From the NCBI GenBank assembly GCA_965222605.1, contig OZ244960.1:2624001-2688000 (forward strand): DNA of 64,000 nucleotides, read 5' to 3'. Source of the DNA: Candidatus Latescibacterota bacterium. GTDB taxonomy: Bacteria; Latescibacterota; UBA2968. Below are positions 47,589 through 56,630 of this stretch, piece by piece (within the stretch, counting starts at the first letter, position 1; every line of letters starts with the position of its first letter). A program made the translations under genes and the position numbers. Under the pieces are notes generated by a model, which was given only the letters and a program-made list of their open reading frames with translations, had not been told where the DNA came from and did no database searches.

Positions 47589-48685
47589 ACATCTTACACA
47601 CCTCATACGACGACATCGACAACCCCTGGTGTGGCGGGGGCGGTGCCCTGCGCACCTGGGAAATCGCCCGTCGTCTATCGCACAAACACCAGATCACCAT
47701 CCTGACAGGTGCATATCCCAACGCGCCCAGAGAAGAAACCATAGACGGCGTACACATCCGCCGCCTGGGATCAGACCGCTCCTATCTCCTGAGCCGAATG
47801 AGCTTTGCCTACCACGCCTCCCGCGAAATCGCCCGCGCAAACACCGACCTGTGGGTCCATCAATTCTCGGCCTTTGCCCCCCTCTTAGTATCCAAAAAAA
47901 AAAGGCGCGAAAGCCTCCTCGAATTCTTCCACTTCATGGACGACCACGCCGTTAAAAAATATCCCCTGCTCGGCCACATTGCCCGCAAAGCCGAACAACG
48001 CGCCCTGCGCCTTCATCCCCACATCCTGACCATCTCACCCACAGTCACACGCCAGCTTGAAAAACGCGCACCCCACACACAATTTCACCTCGTCTATACC
48101 GGCGTCGATCAAATCTGTTTTGAAGCCCCCTGGGCAGAAGAGAACTACATCCTCTATTTTGGGCGCATGGACATCCACAACAAAGGCATCGACATCCTCC
48201 TCTCTGCCTTTGCCAAACTCAACGCACCCGATATCCGCCTCATCCTCTCAGGTCGAGGAACCCCTCAAAGCGAACGCGAACTGCAAGAAATGGCCCATCA
48301 TCTCAACATCGCAAACCGCGTCGAATTTACCGGCGCCGTCACACCCGAACAAAAAAACATCCTCATGGGCCATGCCCTCTTTGTCTGCATCCCCTCGCGC
48401 TACGAAGGCTGGGGCATCGTCGCCATTGAAGCCGCAGCCGCAGCCAAAGCCGTCATAGGCACCAACATCCCCGGACTCGCAGATGCCATCCGCGCCGATG
48501 AAACCGGCCTCCTCGTCCCACCGGAAAACCCCGAAGCACTCGCCAGTGCCATAAACCACCTGCTCCGCGATCCCCCCCTGCGCAAACGCCTGGGACAAGC
48601 GGGCCGCAAATGGGCTGCACAATTCACCTGGGACCGCACAGCACAAGCGCAAGAAGAGGTCTATCTGAAAGTTGCCAATGACTAA
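47585..48685 (+). CDS. GT4 glycosyltransferase
   Basis: GRM...KG.D.L, PSRYEGWGIVAIEA. Confidence 0.9.
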   Translation: MNILHTSYDDIDNPWCGGGGALRTWEIARRLSHKHQITILTGAYPNAPREETIDGVHIRRLGSDRSYLLSRMSFAYHASREIARANTDLWVHQFSAFAPLLVSKKKRRESLLEFFHFMDDHAVKKYPLLGHIARKAEQRALRLHPHILTISPTVTRQLEKRAPHTQFHLVYTGVDQICFEAPWAEENYILYFGRMDIHNKGIDILLSAFAKLNAPDIRLILSGRGTPQSERELQEMAHHLNIANRVEFTGAVTPEQKNILMGHALFVCIPSRYEGWGIVAIEAAAAAKAVIGTNIPGLADAIRADETGLLVPPENPEALASAINHLLRDPPLRKRLGQAGRKWAAQFTWDRTAQAQEEVYLKVAND

Positions 48686-50204
48686 ACGAACCACAACCCA
48701 TCTCTTCATCTTCCTCCTCTGCATCTACGCACTCACAGCAGGCGGACACTACGGAGGCGATGGATTTTGGAATTACCTCACCGCGCAAAGCCTGGTGCGC
48801 GATGGCGACCTCGTCATCTCCGACGAAAGCTTCACCCTGCCCGAAATGCAAAAACACCGCGATGCGATTACCTCATCTGGACGCCACTATTCCAAATACG
48901 GTCCCGGCATGCCCCTCGCAGAAATACCCTTCTACGCCATTGGCCTCCTCCTCACCCACATCTTCCCCAATATCCCCGCCGACTATCTCACCATGTTCAC
49001 CACCTCAATGACCAACGTGGTCATATCCGCCCTGTGGGTCCTCTTCTTCTTCTTAATCCTTCAATCCTTCAATTACCCACCATCCACCACAAAATGGCTC
49101 ACAGTCGCTTTTGCACTGGGCACCATGGTCCTACCATACTCGGGCTATGGATATTCAGAACCCCTCGTTGGACTCGGCTTGCTCATCGCAACACACAATC
49201 TCATCAAACGCCATCCCTCACCCATCCTTGCAGGGATTGGTCTTAGCATTGCCATCCTCACCAAATTCTACATCCTCATCCTTCTGCCAATCTCCCTCCT
49301 CTATCTGCGCCGCAACCGATATTCTACATCTCGCATCCTCGCCTTCTCAGCACCCATCGTCGCAGCCTGTCTTCTAATCGCCTATCACAACCACCTGCGT
49401 TACGGCAACATCTTACACACCGGATATCACCTCGACATCCTCGCCCAAAAAGGCGGCTATCTCGCCTTTATACCCACACAGATCTTCACCGCCTTTTACG
49501 GCCTGCTCTTCAGCACCGGACGCGGCCTCATCTTTTTTTTCCCACTAATATGCCTCTTACCCATCGCCTGCTCAAAATTCAAATCATCGCACCCAAACGA
49601 AGCGCGCCTCTTTTTCGGCTTCATCCTGATCCTATTTATCCTCCTCTTACCCATGATCGACTGGCACGCCGGATCCTCATGGGGTCCGCGTTATTTGCTT
49701 CCCATCCTCCCCTTTTGTATTTTTCCACTCGGCGTTCTCGCCGATATCAAATGGATACGCCGCCTCACCGTCCTCGGCTTCTTCATACAACTCCCCGCTG
49801 TGCTCATGAACCCCTATCTTTTTACGCACTTTGTACAGGACAAAAAAATAGGCGCAATAATCTTCGCGCCCCATCAAATGGGCGACCTGATCTTTTCGCC
49901 CAATTTATCCCCCATTCTCGGCGGCTACTACCAGATCACCTCGGCAATCCACCGCCTCATAACCGGGCAATCGCTCAACTACACCATCTCCTCCGGCACT
50001 GAACGCTTCGTCTCTGCATCTATAGAAAATTACGATCTCATCGACATGTGGTGGGTCAATGTCCTGCGCACAAATATCCTCAGTCCAATAATGACACTCG
50101 CACTCATCCTCGTCGTAATCTGCCTCATACTAATCGCCATCTACGCTGCGCGGCAAGCCATCTATTATCACCATCAAAAGTCAGAATCAGGATTTGCAGG
50201 ATGA
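48678..50204 (+). CDS. Polytopic membrane protein, GT-C-like glycosyltransferase
   Basis: YSKYGPG, YSEP, W..G.SWGPRYLLP motif, multiple TM helices. Confidence 0.7.
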   Translation: MTKRTTTHLFIFLLCIYALTAGGHYGGDGFWNYLTAQSLVRDGDLVISDESFTLPEMQKHRDAITSSGRHYSKYGPGMPLAEIPFYAIGLLLTHIFPNIPADYLTMFTTSMTNVVISALWVLFFFLILQSFNYPPSTTKWLTVAFALGTMVLPYSGYGYSEPLVGLGLLIATHNLIKRHPSPILAGIGLSIAILTKFYILILLPISLLYLRRNRYSTSRILAFSAPIVAACLLIAYHNHLRYGNILHTGYHLDILAQKGGYLAFIPTQIFTAFYGLLFSTGRGLIFFFPLICLLPIACSKFKSSHPNEARLFFGFILILFILLLPMIDWHAGSSWGPRYLLPILPFCIFPLGVLADIKWIRRLTVLGFFIQLPAVLMNPYLFTHFVQDKKIGAIIFAPHQMGDLIFSPNLSPILGGYYQITSAIHRLITGQSLNYTISSGTERFVSASIENYDLIDMWWVNVLRTNILSPIMTLALILVVICLILIAIYAARQAIYYHHQKSESGFAG

Positions 50205-50492
50205 AAGGATAAACAGGATGAGAATCAAAAGCAAAAACCACTGGATCGCGGCTAACACCCTGCCGCGATGACGGCTTCAAGTTGATTCGCTGACTACTGG
50301 CCACTGACTGCGATGACAAGCACAGAATGGACAGTCTTTTTTTAACCGATGCAATAGCGTGCAGCACTTGACGCAGCGACTGATTTACTATATAGATACA
50401 ATCAATTGGGATCGGCGCGGAGACGAGAAAGTTACCGCGCCAGATGTTGACCGCACGCGCTGGACTAAACCCAAAACAAAGGAGGTGCGATC

Positions 50493-51803
50493 GTGAAATT
50501 GAAATCCGTAACAATTGAAAATTATCGCGCCATAGAAAACCTCGTGCTACCTCTTGACCCAAAACTGACAGTGTTGCACGGAGCCAATGGACACGGCAAA
50601 ACAAGTGTTCTGAGCGCGATTACAGTGGGCTTGGGGGCGATTGAGATTCTGGGAACTTATCTCTATAAATCAACCATTGATTTCTCCGAGGAGGATTGGC
50701 GCAAGGACGCGGCGTCTCCCCGGGTCTGCGCCACCGATATAGATGGAAATACAGGGGAACGGCACGGGGAGGAAGCGACTGATGAACAGGAGGAAGCAAC
50801 AGATGTACGGGAGGAAGCGCGGAGAATGATCAGAACCAGAACGGATGCGATTCGGCGATTAGACAAGGCTCTTGCTACAGAGAAAGATATGCCGATAGTC
50901 GCCTTCTATGGTACTGATCGCATATTATCCAATATACCAGACAGGGTATTGTCGCAACGCGTTTCCCAGTACAAGCTTTCTCGTCGTACCGCGCTGGACG
51001 GTGCCCTCTCCGTCCGCACGGACTTCGAGGGTCTCTTGACCTGGTTTTATTTTAAGGAAAACGAAGAACTTCGAGAACGGAGAGAGCGGCGCGATTTCGA
51101 TTATCAACTCAAAGATGTATTCGTAATTCGTCAAGCGATATCTTCCATGCTCCCGGAAATATCCGATCCGCGTACTGAGTTAAATCCACTTCGTTTTGTA
51201 GTATCCCAGAAAACTGAGGAAGGCCGGATAGAGAAACTCTCCCTCAACCAATTGAGCGGCGGCTATCGCATCGTACTCGCATTGGCGGCGGATTTGGCGC
51301 GGCGCATGGCACAGGGCAACCCACATCTAAACGACCCACTCCAATCCGAAGCCATTGTCCTCATCGACGAAATCGAACTCCACCTGCATCCGGCGTGGCA
51401 ACAACGCATCCTGAGCGACCTCATTCGGACATTCCCCAACGCGCAATTCATCGTCTCTACCCACAGTCCTCAAGTACTAACGACAGTCAAGCCAAAGCAC
51501 ATTGTGGAACTGTACCGAGATGGCGACAACATTGTTGCCGGAGCACGGGAAGGGGCGACTTATGGTGCCGAAGCGGGAGATGTTCTTTCCGTGGTAATGG
51601 GCGTGAATGAAAGGCCCGATAACGACTTCACAAAAGCCCTGAATAAATACCGAAGTCTGATCAGAGAGGGGCAGTGGGATTCCGAAGAAGCCCGAACTCT
51701 GCGAGAAAGTCTGGAGGACCTGTCTCCCGACGATCCAGCCCTTGATCGCGCTGACCTTGAAATCCGACGGCGCAAGCTGTTTAAGCAGCGAGCAAAGTCG
51801 TAA
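50493..51803 (+). CDS. PtuA-like ABC/AAA ATPase (Septu/retron-effector type)
   Basis: Walker A GANGHGKT, signature LSGGYR, IVLIDEIELHLHP.WQ, STHSP; AAAGGAGG RBS. Confidence 0.85.
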   Translation: MKLKSVTIENYRAIENLVLPLDPKLTVLHGANGHGKTSVLSAITVGLGAIEILGTYLYKSTIDFSEEDWRKDAASPRVCATDIDGNTGERHGEEATDEQEEATDVREEARRMIRTRTDAIRRLDKALATEKDMPIVAFYGTDRILSNIPDRVLSQRVSQYKLSRRTALDGALSVRTDFEGLLTWFYFKENEELRERRERRDFDYQLKDVFVIRQAISSMLPEISDPRTELNPLRFVVSQKTEEGRIEKLSLNQLSGGYRIVLALAADLARRMAQGNPHLNDPLQSEAIVLIDEIELHLHPAWQQRILSDLIRTFPNAQFIVSTHSPQVLTTVKPKHIVELYRDGDNIVAGAREGATYGAEAGDVLSVVMGVNERPDNDFTKALNKYRSLIREGQWDSEEARTLRESLEDLSPDDPALDRADLEIRRRKLFKQRAKS

Positions 51804-52564
51804 TGAAGAAACTCCGAGAATTGAACAATCCTACTTCCGGCCTTGCTGAATACCTCAATTCCGTAGGCGATGAGACGAATTGGGACGAATTCCGCTCTCA
51901 CAATTCAGGAGCATCGTACAATGAACTCAGGGATGCTCTAACCCAAAACCAGCATGGACTTTGCGCCTATTGTGAGATTGCAATCAAAGAATGGCGTCGT
52001 CAGGTTGAGCATGTAATTCCGCAAAGTGATGATAAATTGGACAAATCAAAGGACCTCGATATAGCTAACATGGTGGCCTGTTGTATGGGGGGAACCAGAC
52101 CGATGTATGGCCTGGAGGACAATCATTATCTTGAACCAGTGAAACGCAACATGAGTTGTGGTCAGGCAAAGGGGAATCAAAACGACGAAAACTTTATTGG
52201 TCCTCGGATACTACCTGCCTTGCCTTCGCTTATGAAGGTAACTGACAACGGACTGATTGAAGCAGACGAAAATGCTTGCCAAATGGCTGATTTTCTCCCA
52301 GACCATGTGACTCGCACCATTGAGATTCTAAACCTGAACGCGGAACGGCTCCGGTCAGCGCGGGAAAAGCGATGGAAGGGTCTTGATGAAGAATGGCAAC
52401 AAATTGACGTTATTGATGATCCAGATATGATGAATGATTGGATACGCTCCCTGCTAATACCAGATGAGAACGGACAGTTGACACGTTTCTTCACGACGAC
52501 CCGGTCTTACTTTGGCCCACTCAGCGAACCCATCCTCGCGCAACAACCTCAAACGTGGATATAA
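51803..52564 (+). CDS. PtuB-like HNH endonuclease (TIGR02646-like)
   Basis: Q.GLCAYCE...VEHVIPQS...NMVACC...SCGQAK; TI..LNLN; coupled to the ATPase by TAATG overlap. Confidence 0.82.
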   Translation: MKKLRELNNPTSGLAEYLNSVGDETNWDEFRSHNSGASYNELRDALTQNQHGLCAYCEIAIKEWRRQVEHVIPQSDDKLDKSKDLDIANMVACCMGGTRPMYGLEDNHYLEPVKRNMSCGQAKGNQNDENFIGPRILPALPSLMKVTDNGLIEADENACQMADFLPDHVTRTIEILNLNAERLRSAREKRWKGLDEEWQQIDVIDDPDMMNDWIRSLLIPDENGQLTRFFTTTRSYFGPLSEPILAQQPQTWI

Positions 52565-52567
52565 ACT

Positions 52568-54928
52568 ATGCCTGCCCGCCGCACGCCCGCGAAATCAAAA
52601 CCCCCTTCTGATCTCACCCATTTCCTATCCCGCCCGTGGATACCCATTGTATTTTTTGCCCTGCTCACCACTGGCTATTTCTATCACATCCTCATCACGG
52701 GCGATGTGATCTACGGCAGCGACACCGGCGCAGAATTTCACAAAGGCAACGAACCCTTTGCAGAAGCCCTGAACAAATTGCCCCAAAAAAACTGGAGCCG
52801 ATTCATGGGCGGCACCCCGGAATCTTCCGCGCTGCGTCCCCAATACTATCCCCTTGTCGTCATCGACCTCTTCACCAGCGAACACCGCTATTTTGGCTGG
52901 CGTTATATCTTCGCCATGTTCACAGCGGGCTACTTCATGTATCTCTGCGCACGCAGCTTTGGCCTCCATCCACTCGCCGCCCTCATCGCAGGTGCGGCCT
53001 ACGCCTCTGCACCCGCATTTCTCTCCTTCTCACACGCCGGGCACTATGCAAAAATGACCGTCATCGGCCTCTTTCCCCTCATGTACTGGGCACTCAACCG
53101 CGGCATGGACACGCGGCGCATCATCTATTTTTTAATCCTCGGCGGCACCGTCGGCATCGCCATCTACAGCCCGCACCTCCAAATGGCCTACTTTGCCCTC
53201 TGGGCACTGGGCCTGCTCTTTCTCTACAGACTCTTATGGGACCTGTTCCGTACCCGAAACACAAAAACTGCCCTCTATCAAACCCTCCTATCAGCAGGCG
53301 CAATCTGCCTGGGCCTCGCCATAGGTGCAGAAGGCGTCATCCCACAATACTGGAACACAACAACATCGTCAAAACGCGCGGTTACTGAGCAAAACGACGG
53401 TTATGAATTTGCCTCATCCTGGTCGCTCCATCCCGAAGAAATATTCGCCCTCGTCATCCCCGAATTTGTCAGCTTTGACACAAACACAACAACCCACAAA
53501 TACTGGGGACGCAACGCCTTCAAAATCAACTCCGAATACGTCGGCATCGTCCCCCTCTTCTTCGCCATCCTCGCCCTCTCGCGCATCCGCAAAAAAATCC
53601 ACATCGCATTCCTCCTGGGCCTCTTCATACTCGCCATCGCCTACGCCCTCGGTCCCCACACACCCCTGCACAAACTCTTTTTTTACATCGTGCCAGGCGT
53701 CAACGTATTGCGCGCACCCGGCATGATCGCCTTCCTCTTTGCCTTTGCATTATGCGCCCTCGGTGCGTACGGCCTCCACCGCCTGATAACCGACGACATC
53801 ACCCCCGAGGCGTCAAAAAAAATCGGCATCGCAGGCGGGATATGCACCGCAATCCTCCTCCTATTTGCCTTCGCCCCTTCTATACTCCTATCCCTGTGGC
53901 AAAACATCGTCTGGACGGACATACCCGCCCCCCGCCTCCAAATCGCCCGAAATAATCTCCCCCTCGCGGGACAAGGCGCATTGCTCGCCGCACTCTTCGT
54001 CGGCACACTCACCGCCATCTCATATCTCCGCGCACAAAACAAAGTCCAAATCTACACCTTTGCCCTCGTCCTCCTCACCGTCATCCTCATCGACACCTGG
54101 CGCATCGACAAACTATTTCTCAATTATATCAACCCCAACCGCGTACCACCCAGCGAGCGCGTCAATGCCGACGCCGTAGCCTTCCTGAAACGAGACAACA
54201 CCCTCTTTCGCGTATTCGCGCTACCCGACCACAACCAGATGCCCTTACCCGGCATAGACCTCGTAACCGGATTCAACGACTTTGCCATCAGGCGTTACGA
54301 CACCATCCTCAAATCCGGAGCCGTCAACAATCCCGCAATCCTCAACCTCCTCAACACCAAATACATCGTCACGCCATCAGAACTGAACATCCCCTATCTC
54401 CAAAAAATCGCCGGACGCCAGGGACTGCATATCTACCGCAACCCCGGTGCACTACCCTGGTTTTATCTTGCACCCCAATACGAAATCATCCCCGATGAAA
54501 ATCAGATCCTCCAAAAACTGACCGACCCCAACACCTACCCCACACAAACAGCACTACTCGAAGAAGATCCCGGCATCACCTCCGACACCGGCGAAACGGG
54601 CAGTGTTGAACGCCTCGAATACGACGAACACCAGGGCTATCTCAAACTCCAAACAACAGCTCCAGGATCCCGCATCCTCGTCATCTCACAAAACCACCAC
54701 CCCAACTGGCGCGCCACCGTCAACGGCGAACCCAAACCCCTCATTCGCGCCAACTACCTCTGGACCGCAATCGCACTTGAACCCGGCGAACACATCGTCG
54801 AACTCACCTACCGCGACCCCATCGTAGCCACCACGCGATGGATCACACTCGGCGGTGTCATCATCCTCATCGCTGCAATCGCGCTGTGCATATACAAATC
54901 CCATGAAAAAACCGACAACACCAACTGA
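52568..54928 (+). CDS. YfhO-family membrane protein (GT-C-like)
   Basis: Multi-TM N-terminus, R.P motif, LLNTKY, C-terminal P.W.A.VNG...RAN...L.PG.H.V. Confidence 0.82.
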   Translation: MPARRTPAKSKPPSDLTHFLSRPWIPIVFFALLTTGYFYHILITGDVIYGSDTGAEFHKGNEPFAEALNKLPQKNWSRFMGGTPESSALRPQYYPLVVIDLFTSEHRYFGWRYIFAMFTAGYFMYLCARSFGLHPLAALIAGAAYASAPAFLSFSHAGHYAKMTVIGLFPLMYWALNRGMDTRRIIYFLILGGTVGIAIYSPHLQMAYFALWALGLLFLYRLLWDLFRTRNTKTALYQTLLSAGAICLGLAIGAEGVIPQYWNTTTSSKRAVTEQNDGYEFASSWSLHPEEIFALVIPEFVSFDTNTTTHKYWGRNAFKINSEYVGIVPLFFAILALSRIRKKIHIAFLLGLFILAIAYALGPHTPLHKLFFYIVPGVNVLRAPGMIAFLFAFALCALGAYGLHRLITDDITPEASKKIGIAGGICTAILLLFAFAPSILLSLWQNIVWTDIPAPRLQIARNNLPLAGQGALLAALFVGTLTAISYLRAQNKVQIYTFALVLLTVILIDTWRIDKLFLNYINPNRVPPSERVNADAVAFLKRDNTLFRVFALPDHNQMPLPGIDLVTGFNDFAIRRYDTILKSGAVNNPAILNLLNTKYIVTPSELNIPYLQKIAGRQGLHIYRNPGALPWFYLAPQYEIIPDENQILQKLTDPNTYPTQTALLEEDPGITSDTGETGSVERLEYDEHQGYLKLQTTAPGSRILVISQNHHPNWRATVNGEPKPLIRANYLWTAIALEPGEHIVELTYRDPIVATTRWITLGGVIILIAAIALCIYKSHEKTDNTN

Positions 54929-56420
54929 AGCACCCGCCATTCAGCGCATTGCCCGCGGCGCGATACAGACCTTCGGCAGCACCTACCCCGCGCGACTCAT
55001 CAACTTCGCCGTTCTCCTGCTGATCTATCAAATCCTCGTACCCGAAGACTTTGGCGCCATCACAACAGCCTATTCGATCCTCGCCCTTGTAATCGCCATC
55101 CGCGACCTCGGATTGCACTACGCACTATTGCACGAACACGACAACGTCCATGAACTCGCACCCACCCACTTTGTACTCAGCGTCAGCCTGGGCAGCATCA
55201 GCGCACTCCTCGCCCTGTGCATCGCCCTCTATTCCGAACACCTGTTTGAACTCGTCAACACCTGCATCGGCATCACAGACACCCGAAGCTACCCCAAAGT
55301 CGCCATTGCCCTGGGCATATTGGGCGCTTTCGACCTCCTCCGAACAGCCGCCCTCACCGCCGAAACCCAGCTCCAGCGCGACCTCGAATTTGGACGCCTG
55401 GCATTTGCACATGCCGCGGGAACCATCCTCGCAGCCATCGTCGGCCTCATCCTCGCCTACCTCGGATACGGCAAATGGGCACTCATCATCGGATTCTTCC
55501 CATACAGCGTCACCTATATCCTCGTCTATTGCACCGTCGTCTGGCTCCGCCATCCCCCTCCGATAGACCAACTACACACCTTCAACCCGCAAGCCGCGCG
55601 GCGCATGATCCGCTACGGCATCTGGTTCTGGATCGGCGGCATACCCAAAATTTTCATTCAACACTACGACAAACTCATCATCAGCTTATTCTTCACCTTG
55701 AGCCTGCGCGGGATATACGACGCCGCACACAGCTTTGCACAGATACCCAGCGGCGCCATCACCATGGTCATTGTGCGCATCACCGGTGCTGTGTACGCGC
55801 GCTACCAGAACAACCGCGACCAACTCTCCGCAGCATACCGCAGAACCTCGCGCCTCATCCTTCGCACCACAGTCCCCATCTCTCTCGTACTCGCGCTCGA
55901 AGCCGACCGATGGATCCACATCTTCAAACCCGACTGGGCACCCGCAGCCCCCCTGCTCCAATGGCTCATTATCTACTCTCTTTGCCGCCCCCTGCTCGAC
56001 GATGTACACGCCCTATTTTACAGCATAGGCAGCCCCAAAAGCATTGCAAAATTCTCTGCGGCGCAAGCCCTCATCCTCCTCATCCTTGCCCCCTATCTCG
56101 CCCATCACCTGGACGCGATAGGCATTGCCATAAGCATGAACGCCATCGCCATCGTCGGCCTCATCCTCGCACTCATCCTCGTTCGCGCATATGTCGATAT
56201 CCCCATCGCCAAAACATTCGCCCCCCCACTCATCGCCGCAGCCATTGGCACCGGCATGCACTTTGCCTGTGCCGAATGGCTCAACACATTGCCAATTCTG
56301 ATGGGCGTCTTCGCCGGCAGCGCGATCTTTACCCTGAGTTACAGCATCGGCTTGCTCCTCGTTGAACGCAAAACACTAATCGACGAAATCAAAACCGTCA
56401 TCCGCACCATCAAATCATGA
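54903..56420 (+). CDS. Wzx/MOP-family oligosaccharide flippase
   Basis: L.PEDFG..DLGL..AL, LQRDLEF, G.G.WAL, ~12-14 TM. Confidence 0.85.
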   Translation: MKKPTTPTEAPAIQRIARGAIQTFGSTYPARLINFAVLLLIYQILVPEDFGAITTAYSILALVIAIRDLGLHYALLHEHDNVHELAPTHFVLSVSLGSISALLALCIALYSEHLFELVNTCIGITDTRSYPKVAIALGILGAFDLLRTAALTAETQLQRDLEFGRLAFAHAAGTILAAIVGLILAYLGYGKWALIIGFFPYSVTYILVYCTVVWLRHPPPIDQLHTFNPQAARRMIRYGIWFWIGGIPKIFIQHYDKLIISLFFTLSLRGIYDAAHSFAQIPSGAITMVIVRITGAVYARYQNNRDQLSAAYRRTSRLILRTTVPISLVLALEADRWIHIFKPDWAPAAPLLQWLIIYSLCRPLLDDVHALFYSIGSPKSIAKFSAAQALILLILAPYLAHHLDAIGIAISMNAIAIVGLILALILVRAYVDIPIAKTFAPPLIAAAIGTGMHFACAEWLNTLPILMGVFAGSAIFTLSYSIGLLLVERKTLIDEIKTVIRTIKS

Positions 56421-56570
56421 TCAGGATGTGCAGGATGAAAGGATGGACAGGATGAAAATCAAAAACTTCTGGATCGCACGGGACGGCACGGGGACCGTCC
56501 CCTACAACACCATGCCGCGATGACGGCTCTACAGCACATGATTTGCTGACCGCTGATAGCTTGTTTTGCA

Positions 56571-56599
56571 TTGACATTTGTGCCTGTTTCTATTATTAT
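56571..56599 (+). promoter_or_regulatory. Possible sigma70 promoter for ATPase gene
   Basis: TTGACA-17 bp-TATTAT. Confidence 0.55.
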
Positions 56600-56630
56600 T
56601 CTAAAAATAATAATTATTGGAAGAATAATA

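Noticed and set aside
50280-52564. Complete retron
   Set aside because: No reverse transcriptase ORF (no YADD/VTG motifs) nearby
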